Shown here: piece by piece, positions 30,692-40,843 of the stretch
How the letters are laid out: each line of letters opens with the position of its first letter
Position numbering within the stretch: position 1 is the stretch's first letter
Source of the DNA: Cyanobacteria bacterium TMED229
Lineage (GTDB): Bacteria > Cyanobacteriota > Cyanobacteriia > PCC-6307 > Cyanobiaceae
Length of the DNA: 43,437 nucleotides
Direction: 5' to 3'
Assembly (NCBI GenBank): GCA_002169615.1
Contig: NHKA01000030.1
Coordinates: 5,240 to 48,676, forward strand
Notes under the pieces: generated by a model
The model's database searches: none
Told to the model about the DNA's origin: nothing
The model's input: the letters and a program-made list of their open reading frames with translations, nothing else
Program-made: the position numbers and the translations under genes

Positions 30692-30737
30692 CGATCTGGA
30701 AGGGGATAGACCAATGATGAAGAAGCCAACAACGAGC

Positions 30738-30757
30738 TGGGTTAATAGCCGGTTATC
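30738..30757 (-). promoter_or_regulatory. Candidate Pho box upstream of pstS
   Basis: Minus-strand ATAACC and TTAACC half-sites start exactly 11 bp apart, about 50 nt upstream of the ATG. Confidence 0.4.
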
Positions 30758-30791
30758 GCTCCGATGACACTGGACGTCGGCTTGTTTTTTC

Positions 30792-31955
30792 TTAACGCCT
30801 CGACAATCTCGGCATCGAGATCCAGCCACGATGCCAGAGCAGCAACACCATTGAAATTGCGAGTGCAGCCATGCTCAAGAGAGACAGTTGGTAGCCATTG
30901 CGATGTTCAAGTTCGGGCATGTGAGCAAAATTCATTCCATAAACACCTGCAATGAAGGTCAGTGGAGTAAATATTGTGCTAACAATCGCAAGGATCTTCA
31001 TGATCTGATTCATTTGGTGAGAGGCGCTGGCCATGTATGTTTCATTGACTGTTGAAATCTGTTGACGAGCTGATGACTCAAATTCGAGTAATCGAACCAC
31101 CAGCTTTTCGACATCGCGAAAGCCTCTCGATGCAACTGGTGTGATTAGATCGTGACTTGCATGAAATAGTGGAATTAAATCTGTTTGAAGGGCGATCAGT
31201 TGTTGGCGGCATTTTCTTAAATTGGAGCGTATGATCGATAATTGACTGAGGATTTTTGGGGATTGTGAACGCAGAGCATGCTCCTCCAATTCGTCAAGAT
31301 AATCTGAAAGCTGTTGAAATATCGGCGGGTAACTGTCCAGTATTTCGTCAACGATGTAATACATGATGTTGTCAAGTTGTGCAAAGTCTTTTTGACTTGC
31401 ATTTTTTCTGATCAAGTCGAGGATGGACTGGCAGATCGCTTCCTCTGATCCTTCTTCGACGCTCACGAGGATGCCTTCATTCAGCAGAAGAACAATCTGA
31501 CTGCTTTCAAGCCTCGTGCGGTTTTGTGTGGTAACAGATAGTTGATGCAAAACGATCAACACACTGCTGCCATACAGCTTGATCTGACTTGGTTGCGGTG
31601 TTGAAGTGAGAAACGGAATCAGTTCGTTGTTGATCCCAAGTTTTGTAAGAGCAACATCGATTTTTTTCAGATCAGCAAGCCCCTGAATCTGAACCCAGAG
31701 CCCCGTTTTGTGATTGGTTCGCCAAGTTTCTAAGTTGTTGAGTTCCGGCTCGTGATATTCCAACAATTCACAGTGTTGAGTTTTGGATGTCGACTCCTTC
31801 GCTGTGCCCTGAATCCTGACCACCTTGATCTTGGTTGCTGCAACACCCCCCTGAAGGCAGAGGCCTGGGGTGAGCTGGCCCGGTCGATCCTTCAACACGT
31901 CCGGGACAAGCCTTGCTGCCTCAGTGCCATCGTTGATGCTGTCTTGGATGGTCAA
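30792..31955 (-). CDS. corA: CorA-family Mg2+/Co2+ transporter
   Basis: MNQIMKILAIVSTIFTPLTFIAGVYGMNF..MPEL signature, two C-terminal TMs and LWVQIQGL. Start uncertain. Confidence 0.9.
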   Translation of the reverse strand: MTIQDSINDGTEAARLVPDVLKDRPGQLTPGLCLQGGVAATKIKVVRIQGTAKESTSKTQHCELLEYHEPELNNLETWRTNHKTGLWVQIQGLADLKKIDVALTKLGINNELIPFLTSTPQPSQIKLYGSSVLIVLHQLSVTTQNRTRLESSQIVLLLNEGILVSVEEGSEEAICQSILDLIRKNASQKDFAQLDNIMYYIVDEILDSYPPIFQQLSDYLDELEEHALRSQSPKILSQLSIIRSNLRKCRQQLIALQTDLIPLFHASHDLITPVASRGFRDVEKLVVRLLEFESSARQQISTVNETYMASASHQMNQIMKILAIVSTIFTPLTFIAGVYGMNFAHMPELEHRNGYQLSLLSMAALAISMVLLLWHRGWISMPRLSRR

Positions 31956-32104
31956 CGCTGATCCAGAGCGAAATCCTTCCGAGGGTTAGCCATGGTTTGG
32001 TGGTTTTCAAAGGTCTGCAACGACATGCCGATCGCAAGAATCAGGCATTGGATCAAGAGGCAGATGAGCACATCGCTTCGGTGTCTCCAGAGCAACGACG
32101 CCAT
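31952..32104 (-). CDS. Putative 50-aa single-TM small protein (absent from the ORF track)
   Basis: Hand translation MASLLWRHRSDVLICLLIQCLILAIGMSLQTFENHQTMANPRKDFALDQR. Its TGA overlaps the corA TTG (TTGA). Confidence 0.45.
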   Translation of the reverse strand: MASLLWRHRSDVLICLLIQCLILAIGMSLQTFENHQTMANPRKDFALDQR

Positions 32105-32261
32105 GACCAAGCCACAGTTGCCGCTATTTCAGCGAGGGTTGGGCTCCCCTGGTGTGTTGAGGCGCACCAGCAACATCCGCCCGTTTCACCCTCGGGTTCC
32201 GTTGTTGATGGTCTGAGAAATCAGTCGTTTCGATATGTCTGATGGAATCAAGGACAGCCGA

Positions 32262-33230
32262 TCAACAGCGTTGGCCACTGGTTTTTGAGAACCTGTGCTC
32301 CCGATCGTCCGTCCAGGAGACCCTGATGTGGTCTGACAACTCCGTGCGGCCATCACAAATCATGCGCAGATGTCCTCGGTCGCTATCGAGCAGAAGAAGT
32401 TGGCTGGCACCATTCCACTCGCGGTCCAGCACCCGGCAAGGAAGCCCGTCGTCGGCAAGCTGCAGATGCTCTGGACGAATTCCAACGAGCGTGCCGTTGT
32501 CTGCGTCCAGCAGATTCATTGGAGGGCGTCCGATGAACTGGGCCACATAGGTGGAGCTGGGCCTCGCGTAGAGATCCTGTGGTGTTCCGATCTGTTCAAT
32601 GCGCCCATCTCGCATGACCGCGATCCGATCGGCGAGAGCCATCGCTTCCTGTTGATCGTGGGTGACGTAGAGCACCGGTTGTGGACCACGAAGGATCAGC
32701 CGCCTCAGCTCCGGTCTGAGCTCATCGCGCAATTTCGCATCCAGATTGCTCATCGGTTCATCCAGGAGATAGACCAACGGATCTCTCAGCAGCGCTCTGG
32801 CCAGAGCCACCCTCTGCCGTTGCCCGCCGGACAACTGAGACGGAAGCTGTTCGGCACGATCAGTCAATTGCACCACTTCAAGAATGGTGGCGATCCGTTG
32901 GCGTCGGTCCTGAACAGCGGCTCCCCTAGTCCGCAACCCCAATTCGAGATTCTCTCGAACACTGAGATGGGGAAACAGGGCATAACTCTGAAACACCATC
33001 CCGATGCGACGCTCGCGAGCGGGGACGTTGTTCACCTTTCTGCCATGGATCAGGATCGAGCCCCTGTTGGGTTGATCCAATCCAGCAATCAGTCTCAACG
33101 CCGTGCTTTTGCCGCATCCGCTGGCACCAAGCAGGGCCACACACTCGCCTTGTCCCACCTGCAGATCGAGATCTTGCAGGATCCAGCGGTCACCGAAGCG
33201 TCGACTGATGGCCTGCAGTTCAATCGTCAT
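32262..33230 (-). CDS. ggtA: Sugar/glucosylglycerol ABC transporter ATP-binding protein
   Basis: Motifs GASGCGKST, VFQSYALFPH, LSGGQRQRVAL, DEPMSNLD and VTHDQ. In an operon with ggpS. Confidence 0.88.
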   Translation of the reverse strand: MTIELQAISRRFGDRWILQDLDLQVGQGECVALLGASGCGKSTALRLIAGLDQPNRGSILIHGRKVNNVPARERRIGMVFQSYALFPHLSVRENLELGLRTRGAAVQDRRQRIATILEVVQLTDRAEQLPSQLSGGQRQRVALARALLRDPLVYLLDEPMSNLDAKLRDELRPELRRLILRGPQPVLYVTHDQQEAMALADRIAVMRDGRIEQIGTPQDLYARPSSTYVAQFIGRPPMNLLDADNGTLVGIRPEHLQLADDGLPCRVLDREWNGASQLLLLDSDRGHLRMICDGRTELSDHIRVSWTDDREHRFSKTSGQRC

Positions 33231-34042
33231 CCCTTCACAGCCCCGTTGGTGAGTCCTGAAACGATCTGACGCTGGAAGATCAGCACAAGAACCAGCAGAG
33301 GTAGCGATCCGAGCACTGTGGCAGCGGCATAGGTTCCATAGGGAATGGAATACACGGACGTTCCGGCGATCCTGGCCATCGCCACAGGCAGTGTGAGCAG
33401 CGAGGCGTCACTCAGCCAGGTGAGCGCCACGGGATATTCATTCCACGCGAACAGAAACACCAGAATTGCGGTGCTTGCCGTGGCCGGAGCAATCAGAGGA
33501 ATCAGCACCCACTGAAGCCGCTGCAGGAGTGTCATTCCCTCCAGTCGAGCCGCGTCCTCGAGATCCCGTGGCAGACCCTCAAAAGCTGCGGTGAGCAGAA
33601 GCAACGCCAGAGGCAGCGATAGCGCTGTGTAAGGAATGGACAAAGCGAACAGATTGTTCCCCAGGGAGAAGGTTCTTGCCAGTTCCAGCAGCGCCAGAAA
33701 CAGCAACACATAGGGGAACAAGGCAGCCGCTGTGATGAAGAGACGGCTGCTGCGTCTGAGGATTGCAGACGAGCGAGCCAAGGCATAAGCCGCAGGCAAG
33801 GCCAGTCCAAGGGTGAGCAGTGTGGTCAGCGAGGCAACGATGCTGCTGTTGAGCAGGTAAATCCAGAAGGGCGGCTGACTCTGAAGCAGGGCCATGTAGT
33901 TGGCCAGCGTCCATCTCTGCACAACCGCCGATGCAGGAGCAATCAGGGCTTCACTGGTGCTGAAGGAGCTGATCAATTGCCACAACATGGGGGCTAACGA
34001 CCAGCACAGCAGCAGAGTGATCCAGAACGGTCGCAGCTTCAT
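33227..34042 (-). CDS. ggtD: Glucosylglycerol/sugar ABC transporter permease
   Basis: EAA loop LEDAARLEG and FLFAWNEY (MalG-like). ATGA overlap with the neighbouring gene. Confidence 0.85.
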   Translation of the reverse strand: MKLRPFWITLLLCWSLAPMLWQLISSFSTSEALIAPASAVVQRWTLANYMALLQSQPPFWIYLLNSSIVASLTTLLTLGLALPAAYALARSSAILRRSSRLFITAAALFPYVLLFLALLELARTFSLGNNLFALSIPYTALSLPLALLLLTAAFEGLPRDLEDAARLEGMTLLQRLQWVLIPLIAPATASTAILVFLFAWNEYPVALTWLSDASLLTLPVAMARIAGTSVYSIPYGTYAAATVLGSLPLLVLVLIFQRQIVSGLTNGAVKG

Positions 34043-34908
34043 GGTTGCTCTGCTCTGATCACTCCAGTTGCCTGAAGAAGGAAGGCAGCCGCCACGATCA
34101 GCAGCGACAGCATCACGAATCCACCCAGCATGACGGTGGCGCTGTACCCGAAATCGAGAAATCGCATCGCATTCATGTAGGCATAGACGGCGATGCTTTC
34201 GGTGCTTCCTGCCGGCCCACCTCCCGTGAGCACTTGAATCAGATCGAAGACTCCAAACGCCTGAGCCAGTCGAAACAGCAGGCTCAGCAGAATGTAAGGA
34301 ACAAGCAGTGGAAGGGTGATGGAAAAGAGGCTCTGATGGGGCCTCCCGCCCTCCAACCTGAATGCCTCAAACAGATCTGCTGGGATCGTTTGCAGTCCCG
34401 CCAACAGGATCAGGGTGATGAAAGGGGTCGTTTTCCAGATGTCTGCTGCGATGGTGACCACCCAAGCCAGTGATGGGTCGGCCAGAAAGTTGAACGCTGG
34501 CAACCCCAACGCACCTGCCAGCTGCTCGATCGGGCCGTAGGGAGTGTTGAAAATCCAGCGCCATCCCAGCGCCATCATCGTGGTTGGCAGAGCCCAGGGC
34601 AGAAGCGTGATCGCTCGCACGGCACCACGTCCTCGCCAGCGTTGATCAAGAAGCAACGCGATTGCGAGCGCCAGAAGCAGCTCAACGCTGACGGACACCA
34701 GCGCGAAGCGGCCTGTCTGAATGACGTCCTGCCAGAAGCGTGAGTCGGAGATCAAGCGCTGCCAGTTTGCGGCTCCGTTGGGAACCGGCTCAAGGCCGGT
34801 GAGCACCGAGGACGCATGGAAACTCAGCCAGCCATAGCGGAGCATTGGCCATCCGAAGACCAGGGCGATCAACAACAGCGCCGGAAGAGCCAGCAACGTC
34901 ACCAGCAT
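34039..34908 (-). CDS. ggtC: Glucosylglycerol/sugar ABC transporter permease
   Basis: Motifs LLPWALPT, DIWKTTPF, LAGLQ and LTGGGPAGST (MalF-like). Confidence 0.85.
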   Translation of the reverse strand: MLVTLLALPALLLIALVFGWPMLRYGWLSFHASSVLTGLEPVPNGAANWQRLISDSRFWQDVIQTGRFALVSVSVELLLALAIALLLDQRWRGRGAVRAITLLPWALPTTMMALGWRWIFNTPYGPIEQLAGALGLPAFNFLADPSLAWVVTIAADIWKTTPFITLILLAGLQTIPADLFEAFRLEGGRPHQSLFSITLPLLVPYILLSLLFRLAQAFGVFDLIQVLTGGGPAGSTESIAVYAYMNAMRFLDFGYSATVMLGGFVMLSLLIVAAAFLLQATGVIRAEQP

Positions 34909-36171
34909 TCAGGCACCTCCAGCAGAAAGAAGAATCACTTCACTGGCGGACTGCGCTTCTGCCATGCCGTCGTCCACACTTTGCTGGCCCGTGAAAATGG
35001 AACTGAGACGACGTTGCAGAACATCGCTCAGCTGGGCATACAGCGGGGTGGGTGGACGAACAGTCGCCACGGCAAGGGCACGGTCAATGTCCGGTAAAAC
35101 AGGTGAAATCCTGACCATCTCCTGATCGTGAAACAGGGAGGACAGAGTGGGGGTGTAGCCCTGATGTTTGAAGCGCTCGCGCTGGGCTTCCTCGGAGGTG
35201 AGGTATCGAATCGCTTCCACGGCACTCTCCTTGTGAGCTGAACCCTTCATCAGCGAAAGCCCCCAGCTGCCGAGTGTTGCCCGGGGTGTCAGCCCAGGTT
35301 CAGAAACCATCGTTGTGACAGCAACGTTGCCGCGAACGGAACTGTCGTCCTTTTGCAGTTCTGCATAGGCGTAGGGCCAGTTGCGCATGAAGGCGGCATC
35401 GCCGGCTTTGAAGCTCTGCAGACTTTCCGACTCGGCGTAGTTGGTCACGGCCTTTGGACTGATTCCTGTTTCGATCAGGGACTCAAGCCAGCTGGCTGCC
35501 GCCTTTGCTGCAGGACTGGTGAGGTCAGGTCGACCTGTGGCCGGATCCAGCCAGGTTCCACCAAAGCCGTTGATCACTTCGAGGAAATCACAGCTCAAGC
35601 CTTCGTATTGGCGTCCCTGCCAGACGAAACCTTCGTTCACAACCCCGCTTTCCTGAAGTTGACGACTGATCTGAATGAGGTCGTCCGGAGTTTTCGGAGG
35701 CTCGGTCATGAGGTCGGTTCGCCAATAGAGCAAACCAACATCCGCCACAAGTGGCCATCGGTAGAGATGTCCGTCGTAACTGTTGCCGAGTCGGGCACCC
35801 TCTTGCAACACCTCCTGCTGCGCCTCGTCAAACCAGCCTTCGAGAGGCTCCAGCCAGCCTGCTTCGGCGTACTTCGGCAACCAGGTGACGTCCATCAGCA
35901 AGACGTCGTAGGGGGAGTTCCCCAGGAGAAGACTGCTGATGGCAAGGTCTGAAATGGATTCCGTCTGCAACGGACCCTTGGTGATCTCCAGCCGGATCCG
36001 TCCCTGATGAGAGCTATTGAAACGATCGACCAGCGGAGCAGAAGCATCCGCGAAGGAGGCCGGCATCAGGATGTTTACCGACTGTTCACGGGCCGGTGTT
36101 GACAAGGCCAGCCCGCAGCCGAGAACCAGCAGAAGCAGAAGCCCAAGCAGCAGGCGCCGGCCCTGTTTCAT
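34909..36171 (-). CDS. ggtB: Glucosylglycerol/sugar ABC transporter substrate-binding protein
   Basis: Signal or anchor sequence, MDVTW, LYWRTDL, WQGRQYEGL and FMRNWPY. Confidence 0.85.
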   Translation of the reverse strand: MKQGRRLLLGLLLLLVLGCGLALSTPAREQSVNILMPASFADASAPLVDRFNSSHQGRIRLEITKGPLQTESISDLAISSLLLGNSPYDVLLMDVTWLPKYAEAGWLEPLEGWFDEAQQEVLQEGARLGNSYDGHLYRWPLVADVGLLYWRTDLMTEPPKTPDDLIQISRQLQESGVVNEGFVWQGRQYEGLSCDFLEVINGFGGTWLDPATGRPDLTSPAAKAAASWLESLIETGISPKAVTNYAESESLQSFKAGDAAFMRNWPYAYAELQKDDSSVRGNVAVTTMVSEPGLTPRATLGSWGLSLMKGSAHKESAVEAIRYLTSEEAQRERFKHQGYTPTLSSLFHDQEMVRISPVLPDIDRALAVATVRPPTPLYAQLSDVLQRRLSSIFTGQQSVDDGMAEAQSASEVILLSAGGA

Positions 36172-37664
36172 GAGACGACTGGTTCTGGAAATCCAGACAG
36201 CTGTTCTTCAGCCCAGTCCTTCACGGTGTAGTTCTCAACGGCAGTGCTCATGCGACCCATGCGATCCCGTTGCTCGTCTTCCGGCATGGCGAGCGCCGTT
36301 TCGATGGCTTCGTCCATGCGTCGGTTGGAATAGGGATTGGTGAGCACGGCTCCATCAAGCACAACGGACGCACCGGTGAATTCAGACAGGACCAGGACGC
36401 CTCCGCGGTTGCGGCGAGCGGCGGCATACTCTTTTGCGACCAGATTCAGACCGTCGCGCAGTGGAGTGATCCAGCAGACGTCGGCGTGACTGAACCAAGC
36501 GATCATTTCGTCGTAGGGAATGCGACGGGTTGAGAACCGCACCGGTACCCAATCGATCTGACTGAACCGTCCGTTGATGCGACCCGCCATCTCCTCGATG
36601 GAGCGCTGCGTGTCCTCATAGATCTTCATTCCACTGGCTGCCGCTACGCAGGCCAACATCAGAACAACTTCTCCATGTAGATCAGTGCGACGTTCAAGCA
36701 ATCGTTCAAAGGCAAGAAGAAGTTCTTCGTTCCCTTTTGTGTAGTCAACACGGCTGGCAGAAAGAATGAGTTTGCGACCTTTTTTTGTGTCCTGGACGAT
36801 CAACTCTCCATGGTTTTCGACGGAAGCACTCCATGTGAGCTCCTGAATCACATCAGGAGATGTACCAACGGGAGAGCTCAGCAATTGAATCCTGCGGTTG
36901 TTGTATTGAAGCCAGTCCGTCACTGTGGATTCGGATAATGCTGTCCCGACAGGGATAAACTTTTGATCGACTGGTTTTTTCGGACCGCGCTCAGCACCGA
37001 CAAGGGTGCTTGCCGCTCGAGCGAAATTTTCGGTGTATCGCGGAATATGGAAACCGACCACGTCACAGCAGAGCAGGCTTTCCAGGATTTGTTCTCGCCA
37101 GGGAAGAATGGCGAAAACATCATTGCTTGGGAAAGGTGTGTGATGAAAAAATGCGATTTTCAGATCGGGGCGCTGCTGTCTGAGATATCCAGGTGCGAGC
37201 CACAAGTTGTAATCGTGAACCCAAACCGTGGCTCCCTCAGCCGCTTCGCGACATGCCGCTTCGGCGAAACGTCGGTTGACATCCTCAAAGATCCCCCAGT
37301 CAGCGTTGTTGACATTGAAGTGGGTAGGAAAGGTGTGGAGAATCGGCCAGAAGGATTCCTTTGAGGTGACGTGATAAAAGCTGGATATTTCGGTGTCATG
37401 TAGCGGAATTCTTCTCAAGGTGAATTGAGAAGGGTCTTGCATTTCAATTCGCTCATCATCCACACGCGCTGGATTATCAACCCTTCTCCATGCAATCCAA
37501 GTGCCATCACTCTGGCTCCGAAAAAGATTTCTCAGAGTGGGAATAATTCCGTTGGGGCTTTTCTGATCTTTCCAGATTCTTTGGCCGTGGGAGTCCTTCC
37601 CTTCGTCAAAGGGCGTCCGATGATAAAGAATAATAAATGAACTTCGCCCTTCGTCGCTTGCCAT
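36168..37664 (-). CDS. ggpS: Glucosylglycerol-phosphate synthase (GT20)
   Basis: Motifs ILYHRTPFDE, KSPNGIIPTL, WVHDYNL, FHHTPFP, RVDYTKG and DGLNLVAKEY. Confidence 0.93.
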   Translation of the reverse strand: MASDEGRSSFIILYHRTPFDEGKDSHGQRIWKDQKSPNGIIPTLRNLFRSQSDGTWIAWRRVDNPARVDDERIEMQDPSQFTLRRIPLHDTEISSFYHVTSKESFWPILHTFPTHFNVNNADWGIFEDVNRRFAEAACREAAEGATVWVHDYNLWLAPGYLRQQRPDLKIAFFHHTPFPSNDVFAILPWREQILESLLCCDVVGFHIPRYTENFARAASTLVGAERGPKKPVDQKFIPVGTALSESTVTDWLQYNNRRIQLLSSPVGTSPDVIQELTWSASVENHGELIVQDTKKGRKLILSASRVDYTKGNEELLLAFERLLERRTDLHGEVVLMLACVAAASGMKIYEDTQRSIEEMAGRINGRFSQIDWVPVRFSTRRIPYDEMIAWFSHADVCWITPLRDGLNLVAKEYAAARRNRGGVLVLSEFTGASVVLDGAVLTNPYSNRRMDEAIETALAMPEDEQRDRMGRMSTAVENYTVKDWAEEQLSGFPEPVVS

Positions 37665-37712
37665 TTCGATCACACTCACTCTGCACCACCATTCTCGAAT
37701 GGTGGGAATTTG

Positions 37713-38273
37713 TCAAACAGGGGTGTTGTTCTGCAGATTCCTCAGCGCATCAAGCACCTCAGCAGCGTGTCCGCTGGGCCGGACAGCAACCCAGCGCTGG
37801 CGCAGTATGCCTTGTGGATCAATCAAAAACGTGTGGCGAAGTGAATAAGGTGCCATCCAAGAACCATATGCCTTGCTGACAACGCCATCGGGATCGGAGA
37901 GCAGCGGGAAGTTCAGCTCTTCACTGGCACAAAACGATTCATGGTCGTCGACGCTGTCTGCACTCACCCCGATCACTTCGGCATCTGCATCAAGAAACGT
38001 TTGATGCAACGTTTGAAATCCACGTGCTTCTATCGTGCAACCTCCAGTGAAATCTCGTGGATAAAAATAGATTGCGAGCCATTTTCCTTTGAAATCGCTC
38101 AGCCCCCAATTCTGACGTTCGGGCTGGAGCCGGCTGGAACCCGGCAGATCAAAGGTTGGAACGGGTTCACCTTCGACGAGAGCAACACCACCAAGTGCTT
38201 TGACTGAACGTGGATTGAAGCCAAGTGTTCCTATGAGTAGGGCTGCGCCCGTTAGAAGTTCGCGACGACGCAC
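37713..38273 (-). CDS. Peroxiredoxin (BCP/PrxQ) with Tat-like signal
   Basis: MRRRELL leader, YFYPRDFTGGCTIEA and FPLLSD. Confidence 0.92.
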   Translation of the reverse strand: MRRRELLTGAALLIGTLGFNPRSVKALGGVALVEGEPVPTFDLPGSSRLQPERQNWGLSDFKGKWLAIYFYPRDFTGGCTIEARGFQTLHQTFLDADAEVIGVSADSVDDHESFCASEELNFPLLSDPDGVVSKAYGSWMAPYSLRHTFLIDPQGILRQRWVAVRPSGHAAEVLDALRNLQNNTPV

Positions 38274-38289
38274 ATCAAAAAGTCAATGC

Positions 38290-38526
38290 TCAAATTTTAG
38301 CCAGATTGATCCCCAGAGATTTGGCGTAGGCACCAAGACCTTTCTTCTGAATGGTTTTCAGAGCACGCGTTGTGATTCGTAGATTCACCCACCGCTTCCC
38401 CTCAGCCCACCACAGCCTGCGTTGCTGCAGATTGGCCTGCTGAAGCTTCTTGGTTCGGATGTGGGAATGGCTCACAGCCATGCCGTTGTTGGCGCGAGCG
38501 CCCGTGAGCTGACACACCCGAGACAT
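38290..38526 (-). CDS. rpmB: 50S ribosomal protein L28
   Basis: Sequence [34 protein letters not shown]. Confidence 0.97.
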   Translation of the reverse strand: MSRVCQLTGARANNGMAVSHSHIRTKKLQQANLQQRRLWWAEGKRWVNLRITTRALKTIQKKGLGAYAKSLGINLAKI

Positions 38527-38603
38527 AATCCAGTCGTCCTGTTGACTTGACGTTGTTTGGCTCTGAAACCAGAACCAAACAACCACCATATCAAAGAGCA
38601 GCC

Positions 38604-40508
38604 CTAGAGAGACCGTTGCATCAGGGCACCCATCAGCTCTGCGCTTCGGGTTTGATAGCCCGCCAGTTCATTGGGTTCCAAGCCGCCGACACCAAGACGC
38701 GCCATGTCATAGAGGTGTCGGCCGAGATCCTTGGCCAGTTGCTCGGTTGGAGATGTTTCTCCACTTCCGATCAGCACCGATCCTGATTTCAATTTGAGCA
38801 ACCCTTCCACCAAGGGATGGCGACGGTTCACCATCAGAACGTGATGGTCTGGCAGTCCTGGCAGCCTTTGTTCCATCAGGGCGCCCATGTCGTTGAGTCG
38901 TCGCATCTGCTCCGGCAACAGAATCATTGCCGGCGGAGCATTGTCGGCCTTGAGGGCCTGCACCTGGATGGTGATCTTGTCGTTGTTGAGCGCTTCCTTC
39001 AGCAAGCTGCGCAATGTCTCGGTCTGTGTGGCACCGTCCTGATCCGAGAGTTCCGGTTGTTCATCCTGAAAACTGTCGTCCAATTCAGCATCCACACGTT
39101 GAAATTTCAGTTCTTCGTGGCGATGTTCCAACCAGGGGATGAACTGGGTGTCGATGACGGTTTCCAGCTTGAGGACTTCAGCTCCCTGTGATGTCCAGAG
39201 ATTTAAAGCGCCGGCCTGAGCCACGTCGTCGGTGCTGTACAGAATTCTGTTGTCAGCCTCACTGGACAACCTCGAGCGATAACCCTCCAGGGTGGTGAAT
39301 GATCGTCCAGCGGCACCGATCGGATCCGGAGCGTCACCCGAACCCGGCTCTGCTGTGGTTCCGAACAGAATCAGTTCTGCCACCTGATCTGCGAATTTCT
39401 CGTCTTCCATCGCACCGATTTTCACGAACGGTGCGAGTGCTTCCCATGCCTCTGCATAAGCAGCGGGATCATCCTGCTTGAGGCTGCGCAGTCGATCAGC
39501 GACCTTTTTGGCGACAAAATTTCCGATTGATCGCACACGTCGATCTGTTTGCAGGGCACTGCGACTCACATTCAATGGGATGTCCGGTGAATCGATCACC
39601 CCTCGCAAAGGCAGCAAATAACGGGGAACAACTTCTTTAATTGAATCGCTGACGAAGACCTGATTGCAATACAGCTTGATTTCCCCTTTTTCCCAGTCAG
39701 CACGACCGCTTTGCTTGGGGAAGAACAGGATCCCCTGAAGGTTGTAGGGATAGTCCGTGTTCAAGTGAACCCATAGAAGCGGATCACCTTGGAATGGGTA
39801 CAAGTATTGATAAAGATCGATGTAATCCTGGTCTGAAAGGTCGCGAGCACTCTTCCGCCAAGGTGCTTCCCGTTTGTTGACCGTTTCTCCCTCCAACATC
39901 ACAGGGACGGTCATGAAGTCGCAATATGTGTTGATCAGCGTGCGAATCCGTGCCGGTTCCAGATATTCAAGTTCCTCTTCCATCAGATGCAAAATGACAT
40001 CCGTTCCCGCCTCGTCGCGTTCGGCGGCGTTCAGGCTGAAATTTGGAGAGCCGTCACAACTCCAGCAGACAGATTCACTGTCCGGACGAGCGGATCGCGT
40101 TACCAGTTCGACACGATCCGCCACCATGAAACTGGAATAGAAGCCAAGGCCAAAATGGCCGATGATGGCATCACTCTCTTGCTTGTATTTCTCGAGAAAG
40201 TCTTCAGCACTCGAGAAAGCAACCTGATTGATGTATCGCTTCACCTCATCGGCTGTCATGCCGATGCCGTTGTCAGTGATCTTGAGTGTCTTTGCCTCCC
40301 GGTCAACGCTGATTCGAATCGCTCCTTCATCAGCTTCACTGCAGTCTCCTGCCATGGCGGCCATCCGGCGCTTGTTAATGGCGTCGACACCGTTACTCAC
40401 CAGTTCCCTGAGGAACACTTCATGGCCTGAATAGACGGCCTTCTTGATGATCGGGAAGATGTTTTCGGTGTGGATCTGAATCTGACCCTGCTCCTCCATC
40501 ACCGACAT
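38604..40508 (-). CDS. htpG: Molecular chaperone HtpG (Hsp90)
   Basis: Motifs [30 protein letters not shown] and DIPLNVSRS. Confidence 0.97.
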   Translation of the reverse strand: MSVMEEQGQIQIHTENIFPIIKKAVYSGHEVFLRELVSNGVDAINKRRMAAMAGDCSEADEGAIRISVDREAKTLKITDNGIGMTADEVKRYINQVAFSSAEDFLEKYKQESDAIIGHFGLGFYSSFMVADRVELVTRSARPDSESVCWSCDGSPNFSLNAAERDEAGTDVILHLMEEELEYLEPARIRTLINTYCDFMTVPVMLEGETVNKREAPWRKSARDLSDQDYIDLYQYLYPFQGDPLLWVHLNTDYPYNLQGILFFPKQSGRADWEKGEIKLYCNQVFVSDSIKEVVPRYLLPLRGVIDSPDIPLNVSRSALQTDRRVRSIGNFVAKKVADRLRSLKQDDPAAYAEAWEALAPFVKIGAMEDEKFADQVAELILFGTTAEPGSGDAPDPIGAAGRSFTTLEGYRSRLSSEADNRILYSTDDVAQAGALNLWTSQGAEVLKLETVIDTQFIPWLEHRHEELKFQRVDAELDDSFQDEQPELSDQDGATQTETLRSLLKEALNNDKITIQVQALKADNAPPAMILLPEQMRRLNDMGALMEQRLPGLPDHHVLMVNRRHPLVEGLLKLKSGSVLIGSGETSPTEQLAKDLGRHLYDMARLGVGGLEPNELAGYQTRSAELMGALMQRSL

Positions 40509-40594
40509 GCTTTCAATCCGAAAATTCGACACTAGGGATCCGAGCCACTAGGGCTCAAGCCATGCTTCGGGCGGGGTCTCCGTACCTTTTCGGA

Positions 40595-40819
40595 TCAGCC
40601 GGCTTTCTGGAGCTCCGGTCGTTCCTCGGCCAGGATGGCGCCCTCAACCGGACAGACCTGAAGACAGATGCCGCAATCGATGCACGTGTCGAAATTGATC
40701 CAGTAGAAGTCCGTGCCTTTGCTGTTCTTGCCCTTCCCCTGGTCGATGCAGGCAACCGGGCAGGCATCAACGCAGTCAGCGACTCCCTCGCACACGTCCG
40801 AAACAATGGTGTGAGGCAT
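40595..40819 (-). CDS. 4Fe-4S dicluster ferredoxin
   Basis: Motifs CEGVADCVDACP and CIDCGICLQVCP. Confidence 0.93.
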   Translation of the reverse strand: MPHTIVSDVCEGVADCVDACPVACIDQGKGKNSKGTDFYWINFDTCIDCGICLQVCPVEGAILAEERPELQKAG

Positions 40820-40843
40820 GAAACGGAAGAAACCGTCGGGATC

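Noticed and set aside
32370-33269. 299-aa plus-strand ORF
   Set aside because: Typical antisense shadow of an ABC ATPase gene.
32262-37664. ggpS-ggt cluster as a new system
   Set aside because: It is the known glucosylglycerol synthesis and uptake locus of marine cyanobacteria.
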